Positions 26,648 through 36,691 of a stretch of 64,000 nucleotides of DNA are shown here, one piece after another. Origin of the DNA: Bacteroidia bacterium. Its GTDB lineage: Bacteria > Bacteroidota > Bacteroidia > SpSt-205. Each line of letters starts with the position of its first letter. Position 1 is the first letter of the stretch. Made by a program: the position numbers and the translations under genes. Under the pieces are notes generated by a model. The model was not told where the DNA came from and did no database searches. It saw only the letters and a list, made by a program, of their open reading frames with translations. Location: contig JANXAJ010000001.1 in the NCBI GenBank assembly GCA_025062295.1, positions 36,167 through 100,166 of the forward strand, read 5' to 3'.

Positions 26648-27514
26648 ATGCCTATTGTTAGAATCAGCGCCAACTCAGGCTTTTGTTTCGGTGTCGTATA
26701 TGCGGTAGAAATGGCTGAATTATACCTCTCTGAACATCCGTATTTATACTGCTTGGGAGATATTGTGCATAATGAGGAGGAGATTCAGCGTCTGAAGGAG
26801 AAAGGACTCCGGATCATTTCTCATGCTGACCTTCCAAAGCTGAAGGGCGAGACTGTTTTGATCCGAGCGCATGGTGAGCCTCCCGAAACATATGAGATGG
26901 CTCTACGTTATGGGATTCACCTTTTAGATGCTTCCTGTCCTGTAGTTCTCAAGCTTCAAAATCGGCTAAGGGCCATTGATCAGCCAAATGTGCAGATTGT
27001 CCTTTTGGGCAAGCTTGGTCATCCTGAAGTGGTGGGGTTGGTGGGGCAATTGCAGCATGCCAAGCTTTTTATTGTCTCCTCTGCAGAAGAAGTAGATACG
27101 CTACCTTTAGACCCGATACAGCCTACCTACCTCTTCAGTCAAACGACGAAGGCTCCTGCGCTTTTTGCTGCAGTAGCTGACCGCCTAAGACAACGGATTC
27201 CCCATGCTGTGATTGCGGATACCCTCTGTCGGCAGGTCTCCAATCGGGAACCGCATCTCATAGAATTTGCTCGCAATCATGATGTAGTGCTTTTCGTAGC
27301 AGGTAAAAAGAGCTCTAATGGAAGATCACTTTTTTCTATCTGCGAGGCGGTCAATCCTCGCAGCTATTACATCTCTTCGCCAGAGGAGATTCAATGGGAA
27401 TGGCTGGAAGGAGCTGAAACCATAGGGATTGCAGGGGCTACTTCTACTCCCCAGTGGCTGATGGAAAAAGTCAAGATGCACATAGAAACACACCTTGCGA
27501 CGGTATTGGCTTAA
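26648..27514 (+). CDS. ispH: 4-hydroxy-3-methylbut-2-enyl diphosphate reductase
   Basis: NSGFCFGVVYAVE ... HNEEEIQRLKEKGLRII ... conserved Cys residues. 288 aa. Confidence 0.85.
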   Translation: MPIVRISANSGFCFGVVYAVEMAELYLSEHPYLYCLGDIVHNEEEIQRLKEKGLRIISHADLPKLKGETVLIRAHGEPPETYEMALRYGIHLLDASCPVVLKLQNRLRAIDQPNVQIVLLGKLGHPEVVGLVGQLQHAKLFIVSSAEEVDTLPLDPIQPTYLFSQTTKAPALFAAVADRLRQRIPHAVIADTLCRQVSNREPHLIEFARNHDVVLFVAGKKSSNGRSLFSICEAVNPRSYYISSPEEIQWEWLEGAETIGIAGATSTPQWLMEKVKMHIETHLATVLA

Positions 27515-28529
27515 GGGGATAGGGTTGAGCATAGGATGGGCGCAGTTTGCAGGAGGCTGGAGCTATGATTTTCTCTGCACCCCTCCTTCAGCTCGTAGTG
27601 CCGGCTTGGGAGGAGTGGCATGGGGTGGCGATGTAGATCCAGGGGCTGTAGCTCAGAATCCTGCTCTCCTGCGCCCTGCTTATCACCGGTACTTTCATTT
27701 AGGGCTTCAGCCCTACTTAGCGGGAATTTTCATAAGCAGCTTCTCTTACTTTCATCATTGGCGAGAGGTCGGTACTTTCTGGAGTGGGCTGCTCTATCTC
27801 AACTATGGAGAATTTCAGCAAACAGATGAGATAGGGAATGCCCTTGGTACCTTTTCTGCTTATGAAGGTGCTTGGATGGGAGGGGCTGCTCGTCACTTTG
27901 GGCGCTGGCATGCAGGCATGAACCTCAAGCTGCCCTTCTCAGTGGTATCCCTGGATAGGTATCGCCGTTGGGGTCTGTGTGCCGATATCGCTATTTCATA
28001 TGAAGACACAGCTCGGGGATTATCCCTATCTCTACTTTTGCGGAATGTTGGTACAGAGCTCTATCGCCCAGGCGGTCGGGCTTTTGCCCAGCCTTTTCCA
28101 ACATCCCTTCAGATGACTGTAAGCTATCGGCTACCGCATGCTCCCTTTCGATTTCATGTAGGTGCTATTCACCTTCAGCGCTGGCGAATGGCGTATAACG
28201 ATCCTCTACAGCCTGTTCAGTATGACCTTTTAGGAAATCCTATTCCCTTGCCACCGCCGCCTTGGACGGAACATCTTTTTCGCCATGTGGTTGGTGGTGT
28301 AGAGCTTTTTCCAGAAGGGGTATTGCGAGCTCGTCTTGGCTATCATGTACAGCGCCGACGAGAATTGAATCCAATCGGCAGTTCGGCATTGGGTGGAGTT
28401 AGCTTCGGTCTGGGCATTGGCGGAAGACGCTGGCGGCTGGATTACGGGTATAGTTTGTTTTTTAGGCGGGCAGCTCTTCATAGCTTCTCTATTAGTGTAG
28501 AGCCTTTAGGAAGGTGGAAGAAGAACTGA
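27495..28529 (+). CDS. FadL/PorV-superfamily outer-membrane beta-barrel, PorQ-like (T9SS-associated)
   Basis: N-terminal hallmark ARSAGLGGVAWGGDVDPGAVAQNPALL after a signal peptide. ~340 aa, the PorQ size. Confidence 0.45.
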   Translation: MRRYWLKGIGLSIGWAQFAGGWSYDFLCTPPSARSAGLGGVAWGGDVDPGAVAQNPALLRPAYHRYFHLGLQPYLAGIFISSFSYFHHWREVGTFWSGLLYLNYGEFQQTDEIGNALGTFSAYEGAWMGGAARHFGRWHAGMNLKLPFSVVSLDRYRRWGLCADIAISYEDTARGLSLSLLLRNVGTELYRPGGRAFAQPFPTSLQMTVSYRLPHAPFRFHVGAIHLQRWRMAYNDPLQPVQYDLLGNPIPLPPPPWTEHLFRHVVGGVELFPEGVLRARLGYHVQRRRELNPIGSSALGGVSFGLGIGGRRWRLDYGYSLFFRRAALHSFSISVEPLGRWKKN

Positions 28530-29623
28530 TAGCTTTACTCACTCTCTTGCAGATGGAGGGATTAGGTGGGCGACAGATTCGTAAGCTGCGGCGGCAGTGG
28601 GGTAGTTTGGAAGAGCTCTGGAGTCCCTTCGCTTCCTCTACTCTACCTCCTTCCCTGCAAATGCGCCTTTCAGCCCTTAGTGAGCTTCGGAAACAAGCTG
28701 AAACTATCCTCTCCACCTGCGACAGGCTGGGAATTGCCGTTATACCTTACTATGATAACCGATTCCCTCCCCTCTTAGAGGAGATTCCCTCACCCCCTGC
28801 TGTACTTTATAAGAAAGGTCCTCATTCTCTCACAGAGCAGCCCCTTGTAGCGGTGGTCGGCACTCGTAAGCCCAGCGCTTATGGGATGAAAGCCACGGAG
28901 ACTTTCGTAGAGGCGCTGGTAGCAGCTGGGGTCGGAATTGTCAGTGGGCTGGCATATGGCATAGATGCTCATGCTCATCGGGTTACTTTAGAGAAAAAAG
29001 GCAAGACTATTGCAGTCTTGGCTCATGGGCTAGACCGAATATATCCCTCTATTCATCGTCGCTTAGCCGATGCAATTTTAGCTGAAGGTGCCTGGGTCAG
29101 TGAGTATCCACCGGGTACAAAGCTTCATCCCCTCCTTTTCCCTTACAGAAATCGGATTATCGGGGGCCTGGCTCATCTGACTTTGATTGTAGAGTCTCGT
29201 GAAAAGGGAGGAGCCCTATTTACAGCTCGTGCTGCTTTTGAAGCCAATCGACCCGTTTTTGCTGTACCAGGTTCTATTTTTTCGCCTGTGTCTCAGGGGC
29301 CTCACCTTCTCATTGCTGAACAGATTGCTCATATCGCTTCCTCTCCTACGGCTCTTATTGAGGAGCTCAAAGTTCAGACTCAACGTTTGCCCCTTCCCCC
29401 TTCATCTTCTGAAAAGCAGAAGGTCCCTCTTCATCCGCTTCATGCGGAGATATATGCACTGCTCCTACAGGGACAGAAGCATATAGATGAGATTTGTATT
29501 GCATTGGGACGCTCTGTAGTGGAGCTTATTCCCCATCTGCTTCAAATGGAAATAGAAGGATGGATTCAGCAAAAGCCAGGCGGCTTCATTTGTCGGGAAG
29601 CTCCTCCAGATGCCAAATTTTGA
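28514..29623 (+). CDS. dprA: DNA-processing protein DprA (Smf)
   Basis: Rossmann-like core VAVVGTRKPSAYG ... GIVSGLAYGIDAHAHR ... AVLAHGLDRIYP ... FAVPGSIFSP. 369 aa. Confidence 0.8.
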   Translation: MEEELIALLTLLQMEGLGGRQIRKLRRQWGSLEELWSPFASSTLPPSLQMRLSALSELRKQAETILSTCDRLGIAVIPYYDNRFPPLLEEIPSPPAVLYKKGPHSLTEQPLVAVVGTRKPSAYGMKATETFVEALVAAGVGIVSGLAYGIDAHAHRVTLEKKGKTIAVLAHGLDRIYPSIHRRLADAILAEGAWVSEYPPGTKLHPLLFPYRNRIIGGLAHLTLIVESREKGGALFTARAAFEANRPVFAVPGSIFSPVSQGPHLLIAEQIAHIASSPTALIEELKVQTQRLPLPPSSSEKQKVPLHPLHAEIYALLLQGQKHIDEICIALGRSVVELIPHLLQMEIEGWIQQKPGGFICREAPPDAKF

Positions 29624-30482
29624 TAAGTCCATCATCCCCTGCGGAAGCGAGAGTGTCTGTGCTTATCCAAAGCAGGGCATTCACACTGCGTAGGTGGCCT
29701 TGGAGAGTCAAGAGCTTTTCTCCCGTGAAAGGGTTCCATAGGTGGATGAGTTTGTCTCGTCCGCCTGTAGCTAAGATCTTCTCTGATGGATGCCAGGCAA
29801 TCGCGTTCAGTGCATAGGTATGAGCTGGTCTCTCAAGGAGGAGGATTAAGTCTTTATTCCAGATTCGGAGGAGGCCGGATTTTCCACCTGTAGCGATGAG
29901 TCCTTGACGAGGAGCGCTTTGGATAGTCATGAGGAAGGAAGGGTCAGCTTGAATGCGCCGCGTTACTTGGCGAGCCGACCGTTGGATCTCGTAAATCCAT
30001 CCATCGCGGCCTGCACAGAGAAAGTCAGTGCCTGTGGGTGAGAGGACAAAGCTTCGCAGGCCTGCTGGAGTGACGTGAATGCCTACAAAAGGTTGGCTCT
30101 GCTCTATGTCCCAGTATAGGAATTGCCCGTCTCTTCCTGAGCTCCATCCTTCAGCATCGGTCGGATGGGAGGCTAGACCAAATACACTACTTTGATGAGC
30201 GCGAATGGAGCGTCTAAGGACCTTGGAATCCAAATCCAGTACATATATGGTGCCTGAGCTCTCACCTACGTAGAGGTGATGAAGAGCTGGCACCCAGTGG
30301 AGGGCATATACTGCATTGGGTGTGCGTGCTAAGGCCCGAGCTTGCTTACCTGTAGTGCAGCGCCACTCTGCTATACAGCCGTCTGCCCCAGCCGAAAAGA
30401 GCACATGCTGCTCGTAATCACATGCTAGGGCATACACGGGCCCCGCATGTCCTGGCAAATCCCATTCTCCTATAAGACGCAC
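29586..30482 (-). CDS. WD40-repeat beta-propeller protein
   Basis: Seven WD-like repeats (GHAGPVYALA, SAGADGCIAEW, ATGGKSGLLRIWN, ATGGRDKLIHLWN, SAGDDGLIKIWH). Confidence 0.7.
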   Translation of the reverse strand: MRLIGEWDLPGHAGPVYALACDYEQHVLFSAGADGCIAEWRCTTGKQARALARTPNAVYALHWVPALHHLYVGESSGTIYVLDLDSKVLRRSIRAHQSSVFGLASHPTDAEGWSSGRDGQFLYWDIEQSQPFVGIHVTPAGLRSFVLSPTGTDFLCAGRDGWIYEIQRSARQVTRRIQADPSFLMTIQSAPRQGLIATGGKSGLLRIWNKDLILLLERPAHTYALNAIAWHPSEKILATGGRDKLIHLWNPFTGEKLLTLQGHLRSVNALLWISTDTLASAGDDGLIKIWHLEELPDK

Positions 30483-30488
30483 ATACCA

Positions 30489-31124
30489 CTAAACAATATC
30501 AATGAATAGGTTCTCCGCTAAGGTAGGTGGGATGACCATTTCTCGTTCCCCACAACGCACCCATAGAGCACTGTCTAAAGGAAAGGAGCCTAACACTTCT
30601 ATTACATCTCCCTCTTGTAGTCTGAGAAGGTGAAGGGCAGTGGCTAAGCCGGGATGAGTACCATAGCCACAGATTCTTCCTTTTTGTCCGACTTGGAGCC
30701 GACTCAAAGGATAAGCTACGGGGCCTGCCGATGGAATCTCATCGCCGTGAGGATCGGCTGCAGGATATCCTAAATATGCATAGAGCCGCTCCGTGAATTC
30801 ATCATCGCATAAGTGCTCCAAGTGTTCGGCAAGCTCATGAACCTTCTCGCCCGTATAGCCGAGTTTCTCTGAGATGAAAGTCTCCCAGATACGATGCCGG
30901 CGAATTACCCGAAGGGCAATGTTGCGTCCTTTCTCTGTCAGAGTTACCCCATAATATGGACGGTAGTAAATGTAGCCTTTGTCTGCTAGCTTTTTGACCA
31001 TGATGGTAACGGCACCAGGAGTAGCCCCGACCCGATGAGCCAATGCCTGAAGAGAAACTTCTCTTGAGATGGCTTCCAAGTACCAGAGAGCTTTGAGGTA
31101 GTTTTCTTCAGCCGGCGTTTGCAT
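30489..31124 (-). CDS. Metal-dependent transcriptional regulator, DtxR/MntR family with C-terminal FeoA-like domain
   Basis: N-terminal wHTH EENYLKALWYLE...GAVTIMVKKLADKGY, metal-site His/Glu/Cys residues, C-terminal SH3-like FeoA domain. Start placed at MQTPAEEN. Confidence 0.7.
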   Translation of the reverse strand: MQTPAEENYLKALWYLEAISREVSLQALAHRVGATPGAVTIMVKKLADKGYIYYRPYYGVTLTEKGRNIALRVIRRHRIWETFISEKLGYTGEKVHELAEHLEHLCDDEFTERLYAYLGYPAADPHGDEIPSAGPVAYPLSRLQVGQKGRICGYGTHPGLATALHLLRLQEGDVIEVLGSFPLDSALWVRCGEREMVIPPTLAENLFIDIV

Positions 31125-31237
31125 CAAGCAAATATACACTCTGATATTTTTCTTTTCTCCTTGCTTCCCGAAAAATGCCTAAGAAAGGTTAGCATCATAC
31201 GGTTCTGATTCATGCCTTCCTCCATCATATATTTGTC

Positions 31238-31807
31238 ATGATGAGTGATGCGACCGATTACTTGAAGCAGAGTTGGCGCTTGAGCGAGGAGGGGCTTTTG
31301 CGCGAAGCGCTTACGCCGATCCATGTTGGATTAAGCCTTTTTCCGCAGAGCCCTGAGCTCTGGTATGAGAAATACCGCTTACTTAAGAAGTTGGGGGATC
31401 AGGAAGCCTATGCCGCTCTTATTCAATGTCGCCGAGTAGCCTCCAGCTATTTGCCAGCGCTTCGGGCACACTATGAGGAACTGATTCATCAGCATCGCAT
31501 TCGGGAGGCTTACCATCTTCTGAACGAACTTTTGACTCATGATTCGGAGAATCCACGCTGGTGGGCTCATAAGGCATTTTGGGCGATGCACTTTGGTGAG
31601 TTGGAGGTAGCCAGTGAAGCCCTTCAGCGAGCCAGCGAACTGCCTTTTCAGACTCCTGAAGTATTGTACTATCAGGCGCTTTTCCTTGCTCGGTTAGGGC
31701 GTCATAGAGAAGCGGCGGAGGTGCTGCAGAAGTGTGTCAAGCAAGATCCTTCTCTCCTTGCCGATGCCCAAGAAGAGCCCCTTCTTCATGCCCTCTTATC
31801 CAAATAG
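31238..31807 (+). CDS. TPR-like helical repeat protein (hypothetical)
   Basis: Helical hairpin repeats with W/Y/L periodicity. 189 aa. Confidence 0.4.
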   Translation: MMSDATDYLKQSWRLSEEGLLREALTPIHVGLSLFPQSPELWYEKYRLLKKLGDQEAYAALIQCRRVASSYLPALRAHYEELIHQHRIREAYHLLNELLTHDSENPRWWAHKAFWAMHFGELEVASEALQRASELPFQTPEVLYYQALFLARLGRHREAAEVLQKCVKQDPSLLADAQEEPLLHALLSK

Positions 31808-33031
31808 TCTCATCCGCCGCTCCCGATAGAAACTTTGAAGTATCCCCACTCCCCATCCGATTGCCACCCACGAGGAGCCGCCGTAGCTAATCAAGGCCAG
31901 AGGTATTCCTACTATAGGAAAGAGTCCAAGTATCATAGCCAGATTGATAAGAAGGTGAATCCATAGGAAGCCAGCCAATCCGTATCCAAAAAGTACAGCA
32001 AAGTAAGCATTCGACTTCTCTGCTACATAAGTCAGACGGAGCAGAAAAAAAAGATATACCATGAGGACACTCGTAGAACCCACCCATCCCCACTCCTCTG
32101 CTATACCACAAAAAGCGAAGTCTGTGTGCCGCTGGGGAATAAAGTCCAGCTTACTCTGAAGACCCTTGCCATACCCTCGTCCCATCAGTCCGCCAGCGAC
32201 GATAGCCACTCGCGCCTGAATGGTGTTCCAGCCTGCTCCAAGAGGATCTTTATAGGGGTCTAAAAGAACTTGAATCCGCTGACGCTGGTGGGGAGCTAAG
32301 ATCTTATCGTGTAAAAACTTAGATGTCCCAAGCCATATCCATAAAAAAGCTGTAGTTCCTAAGTGTATCCACAAATGCTGACGGCGAAAGATGAAGAAGT
32401 AGCTCGTAAGTATTACGACTGTGCCTACTATTCCTATCAGTATCCAGTCGTACAAAAGGACTAAAAAGGCGATTCCTCCGAGTAGAAGCGGCAAGAGGAT
32501 GATCCAAACTGCAAGGCCGCCACGATACAAGGGTACTAAGAGAGCGGCATAGGTCAAAGCAGTTCCCGTATCTTGCTGAAGCAGTGTCAGTCCTACGGGG
32601 AGGCTGATAAGCCCAGCTAAAGCCATCCTATCTATCCAGCGTTCCCATCGGAACTCATACCGATTTAGGTAAGCTGCTACGGCTAAGGCTGTGGCTATCT
32701 TCATAAACTCAGAGGGCTGAAAACGGATGGGGCCTATCTCTAACCAAGCCCGAGCCCCATGGATTTCTCGACCAATCAGGGCTGTCAAGAGCATGACCGC
32801 AGCTCCTCCAGCGTAAATGGCATATGTGAAGTAGCGCCAAATGTAAGCTTCCGTCAGGGTGGTGAAGGTGGCAATCCCCACGGCTATTCCTGCCCATACA
32901 AGTTGGCGAGCATAGGCATATTTCCAGTTCCATGGCGGAAAGCTCTCAATAGAGTAGAGATTTGCAATCCCAATCCCCATGAGGAGGGTCATCAGACCAT
33001 ACAAGAGCCAATCCGGAGCTACTCGTTTCAT
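31796..33031 (-). CDS. rodA: SEDS-family peptidoglycan glycosyltransferase (RodA/FtsW family), probably RodA
   Basis: Ten TM helices and conserved SEDS blocks. 411 aa. Not in a dcw cluster, so RodA is favoured. Confidence 0.75.
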   Translation of the reverse strand: MKRVAPDWLLYGLMTLLMGIGIANLYSIESFPPWNWKYAYARQLVWAGIAVGIATFTTLTEAYIWRYFTYAIYAGGAAVMLLTALIGREIHGARAWLEIGPIRFQPSEFMKIATALAVAAYLNRYEFRWERWIDRMALAGLISLPVGLTLLQQDTGTALTYAALLVPLYRGGLAVWIILLPLLLGGIAFLVLLYDWILIGIVGTVVILTSYFFIFRRQHLWIHLGTTAFLWIWLGTSKFLHDKILAPHQRQRIQVLLDPYKDPLGAGWNTIQARVAIVAGGLMGRGYGKGLQSKLDFIPQRHTDFAFCGIAEEWGWVGSTSVLMVYLFFLLRLTYVAEKSNAYFAVLFGYGLAGFLWIHLLINLAMILGLFPIVGIPLALISYGGSSWVAIGWGVGILQSFYRERRMRLFG

Positions 33032-33040
33032 CTTTCCCGT

Positions 33041-33979
33041 TCAATAGGGAATGTGGTTCAAGACCACCTGAATAAAGGTATCGGTTCGGAGGCCTTCAGC
33101 TAAGGCAGTGTAAGAAAAGATAATGCGATGACGTAAAACAGCTGGTGCCACAGCCTTGATATCTTCTGGAAGAACTATTGAGCGTTCATGAAGGAAAGCA
33201 CGGGCTCGGGCTGCCCGATGCAAAGCCAAAGCTGCTCTGGGGGAAGCTCCATACGCTATCTTCTCATCCCATCCTTTGATACCGAAGCGCTGAGGATGAC
33301 GAGTGGCTCGTACCAGCCGGACTATGTAGGTCTCTAAGCGAGAGGGCACCTCTATTTGATTCACTTCTGCTTGATAATCTAAGATTTTTTTGGGTGAAAG
33401 AAGGGGAGGGGGAGGGGGAGGATACTGCTGCCGAGCCCATCGCCGCAATATTTCCTCTTCCTCTGTTTCTGTAGGATAGCCTACTTCTACTCGGAAAAGA
33501 AATCTATCTATTTGTGCTTCTGGAAGTGCATAGGTGCCTTCTTGTTCAATCGGATTCTGCGTAGCCAGCACCCAGAAAGGTCGGGGCAAGGGATAGGTTT
33601 CTTCTCCTAAGGTAACCTGTCCTTCTTGCATGCATTCTAAGAGGGCGCTTTGAACTTTGGCAGGAGCCCGATTCACTTCATCCGCTAAGAGGACTTGTGT
33701 GAAGATAGGCCCCTTCCGAGTGGAGAATCGGCCTGAACCCTCATACACGAGGCCTCCTGTCAAGTCGGAAGGCAGCATATCGGGTGTAAATTGCACTCGT
33801 CTAAACTCCAGACCGGAGAGATGAGCTAAAGTGCTTGCCATGAGAGTTTTAGCCACGCCTGGAACGCCTTCTAATAGCACGTGTCCGCCAGCCATTAGAG
33901 CGGTCCATAGCTGCTCCAGAGGCTCTCGCTGCCCAATCACGATGCGCTGGGCTGCCCCTACAAGTTGGTCTAATAGCAC
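33041..33979 (-). CDS. MoxR-family AAA+ ATPase
   Basis: Walker A LLEGVPGVAKT, Walker B LLADEVNRA, sensor and Arg-finger regions. 312 aa. Confidence 0.8.
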   Translation of the reverse strand: MLLDQLVGAAQRIVIGQREPLEQLWTALMAGGHVLLEGVPGVAKTLMASTLAHLSGLEFRRVQFTPDMLPSDLTGGLVYEGSGRFSTRKGPIFTQVLLADEVNRAPAKVQSALLECMQEGQVTLGEETYPLPRPFWVLATQNPIEQEGTYALPEAQIDRFLFRVEVGYPTETEEEEILRRWARQQYPPPPPPLLSPKKILDYQAEVNQIEVPSRLETYIVRLVRATRHPQRFGIKGWDEKIAYGASPRAALALHRAARARAFLHERSIVLPEDIKAVAPAVLRHRIIFSYTALAEGLRTDTFIQVVLNHIPY

Positions 33980-34019
33980 TGGGCAAATATGTTTATTTTG
34001 CCATACTTTATTTTTTCAG

Positions 34020-36689
34020 ATGCGTCTCCTCCTTTCCCTTCTTCTTCTTTCCTTCCTTCAAGCGACTCACGGGCTGGCGGGACAAATCACCTACGATTAT
34101 TTAGGTCCCAATCGCTACCGTATTCAAATCACTTACTACTCTGACTCTGCGGCGGCAGGGGTGGATCGATGTTTCATAGACTTGGAAGTATGGAGTGTAA
34201 TAGGAGGGACTCGGACCTTCATCTCGGCATATAGAAATATTCCACGAACCAATGGTCCAAGTGGGAGTGGATGCAATCCACCCGCTCGTATCGGCGTGAA
34301 TTTGCGCCCTCGTGTCAAGCGTAGCGATTATATTGTAGAGATTACTCTCCCTGGCCCAGGGCTGTATGAACTGCGTTACACAGACTTTGCCCGAGTCGAG
34401 AATGTCCGCAATATGGCTAACTCTGGGGCGACCTCCTTTTATGTAGAAACGCTCCTCAACAACAATCCTTTCATAGGTACTAACCGTTCCCCTATCTTAC
34501 TGAATGATCCCATAGACGATGCTTGTACAGGGCGGATCTGGACGCACAATCCAGGTGCCTATGATCCTGATGGGGACTCTCTTGTGTACAGTCTTATTCC
34601 CTGTCGCCAGTATGACCCGAGTGTCATGCAAAATCCGGTGCCTGTGGCAAATTACCGCTTTCCTAATGCATTCGGGGGCTCTTTCGGTATAGATCCATTG
34701 ACTGGACTAATCACATGGGATACCCCTCAGCAAGCGGGGGTGTATAATATTGCTATCTTGATAGAAGAATATCGGAATGGGCGTCGTATTGGATATGTAG
34801 TGCGCGACATGGCGATTTTTGTGCTGCCATGTCAGAATCGCCCTCCACAGATAGAGGCTCCAGCTGAAACCTGCATCACGGCTGGGCAGCGATTGTCTTT
34901 CCCCGTGCGAGCCTATGACCCCGATACGGGGGATAGTCTTTACTTTTACCTCAATAATGCCGGTCTTGGATTCAATGGACCTTTTCAAGCGCAGCCTCCA
35001 GCTACCATTTCTCCTTCTTCATTTCCTCTGAGGGGATACAATCCCCCTGCTGTGGAAGCCCTATTCAATTGGCAAACGACTTGTAGTCACATTCGTTCTC
35101 ACTTTTATCAAGTAGATTGGTATGCTCACGATAACTTACGCTATCGTCCTCCATTAGCTGCCCATCGCGTGACGAAGATCTATGTAATCGGTCCTTCTCC
35201 GTCAGGGCTCACATTGACCCCTGGTCCTCGCCAAGTAACGCTAAATTGGGTTCCTCCTCCGTGTCCTCCAGATGCATATGAGATTTATCGTTCGCCTGCG
35301 TCTCAGGCTTATATAGACACACCTTGTTGTAGAGCTCCACTGAGCGGATATGTCTTAGTTGCCACAGTGCCGGGCTCAGCTACCAGCTATGTAGATGCGA
35401 ACTTAGAATTCAGCCCTCGCTACTGCTATCGGCTTCGGGCACGATATAATGGCACTTTGAGTTGTCCCAGTGAGGAGGTATGTATAGAGCTTCCCTTAAA
35501 TTTCCCAATTATGACTCAGGATAGTGTGCATACTACGGATGGGGGAAATGGGGCGATTTGGGTCTCATGGCAAGCCCCCTTAGTATGGGATACCACCTTT
35601 TTTCCTCCTCCTTATACCTACGTACTGGAACGAGCCGAAGGTTTTAGTGGGGGTTCTTTTCAAACTGTAGCGACGGGTATTGTAGGCGAGGGCTACTTAG
35701 ACCAAGGGGGACTTTTCACGGCTACCCTGCCCTATCGGTATAGAGTTCGGCTAATTGATGGGACTGGACGAGAGGCTGCTTCTAGTAACACTGCTGCCAG
35801 CCTTTTTTTGCGCCTTCACCCTTTAGATGCAGCCCTTAGATTAGAATGGGAGCAGAGTGTGCCTTGGATAAATGACACTTTCTTTATTTATCGGGCGGAT
35901 CCTCCTCAATCCAGCTCATTTAGGTTGATTGCAGCCATTCCTGTCCAAGCTACTGGACGACAGAGCTTTACATATGTGGACTATGGGCTTCTGAATGACC
36001 AAACCTATTGCTATTATGTTTTGAGTCGCGGGGCATATGCGGTAAGTGGGGTGCGCCAGCCATTATGGAATGCCTCCAATATCGCTTGTGCAGCTCCCCG
36101 AGACACTATTCCTCCCTGTCTGCCAGACCCAGCTGCGTATGAGAGCGAAGTGGACTGTGAGACCTACCTTGTAGAGGTTCGTTGGACGGCTCCCGATAGC
36201 ATTTGTGGGGGCGATATAGGAGAGTATGGGATTTATGTGGCATCGGAGCCAGCAGGACCATACACCCTTCTAAGTTTTGTTCAGGAGCCTCAGCGGAGAT
36301 TCCGATGGCGGGCTCCAGGTACCCTACGCCTCTGTTTAGCGCTAACCGCTCGGGATACCACAGGAAATGAGAGTGCCTTGGGGCCGCCCCTCTGCTTTGA
36401 CAATTGCCCTGTCCTCATGTTGCCCAATACTTTTACCCCAAATGGCGATGGAATAAATGATGTATTTCGTCCTTTTATCTACCGGAATATACGGCAGGTC
36501 AGGTGCTGGATTTATGATCGGTGGGGCACTCTTATTACCGAGAGTCGCAACATTGATGAGCTATGGGATGGAACTTACCGAGGGAGCCCCGCACCGGAAG
36601 GCACCTACTTCTATATTATAGAAGCTACACTGGATACCCGCTCCAATCAGATCTTTCGCAAAGGCGGCTCTATCACTCTTCTGCGCTGA
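34020..36689 (+). CDS. Large secreted adhesin-like protein with T9SS type-B (gliding-motility-associated) C-terminal domain
   Basis: Signal peptide MRLLLSLLLLSFLQATHGLAG, multiple Ig/FN3-like beta repeats, C-terminal PNTFTPNGDGINDVFRP...WGTLI...GTYFYII. Start re-called to 34020. Confidence 0.7.
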   Translation: MRLLLSLLLLSFLQATHGLAGQITYDYLGPNRYRIQITYYSDSAAAGVDRCFIDLEVWSVIGGTRTFISAYRNIPRTNGPSGSGCNPPARIGVNLRPRVKRSDYIVEITLPGPGLYELRYTDFARVENVRNMANSGATSFYVETLLNNNPFIGTNRSPILLNDPIDDACTGRIWTHNPGAYDPDGDSLVYSLIPCRQYDPSVMQNPVPVANYRFPNAFGGSFGIDPLTGLITWDTPQQAGVYNIAILIEEYRNGRRIGYVVRDMAIFVLPCQNRPPQIEAPAETCITAGQRLSFPVRAYDPDTGDSLYFYLNNAGLGFNGPFQAQPPATISPSSFPLRGYNPPAVEALFNWQTTCSHIRSHFYQVDWYAHDNLRYRPPLAAHRVTKIYVIGPSPSGLTLTPGPRQVTLNWVPPPCPPDAYEIYRSPASQAYIDTPCCRAPLSGYVLVATVPGSATSYVDANLEFSPRYCYRLRARYNGTLSCPSEEVCIELPLNFPIMTQDSVHTTDGGNGAIWVSWQAPLVWDTTFFPPPYTYVLERAEGFSGGSFQTVATGIVGEGYLDQGGLFTATLPYRYRVRLIDGTGREAASSNTAASLFLRLHPLDAALRLEWEQSVPWINDTFFIYRADPPQSSSFRLIAAIPVQATGRQSFTYVDYGLLNDQTYCYYVLSRGAYAVSGVRQPLWNASNIACAAPRDTIPPCLPDPAAYESEVDCETYLVEVRWTAPDSICGGDIGEYGIYVASEPAGPYTLLSFVQEPQRRFRWRAPGTLRLCLALTARDTTGNESALGPPLCFDNCPVLMLPNTFTPNGDGINDVFRPFIYRNIRQVRCWIYDRWGTLITESRNIDELWDGTYRGSPAPEGTYFYIIEATLDTRSNQIFRKGGSITLLR

Positions 36690-36691
36690 CT

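Noticed and set aside
33398-33420. (GGGGA)n simple repeat
   Set aside because: It lies inside moxR and simply encodes a poly-proline stretch (YPPPPPPLL) on the minus strand, so it is not a regulatory repeat.
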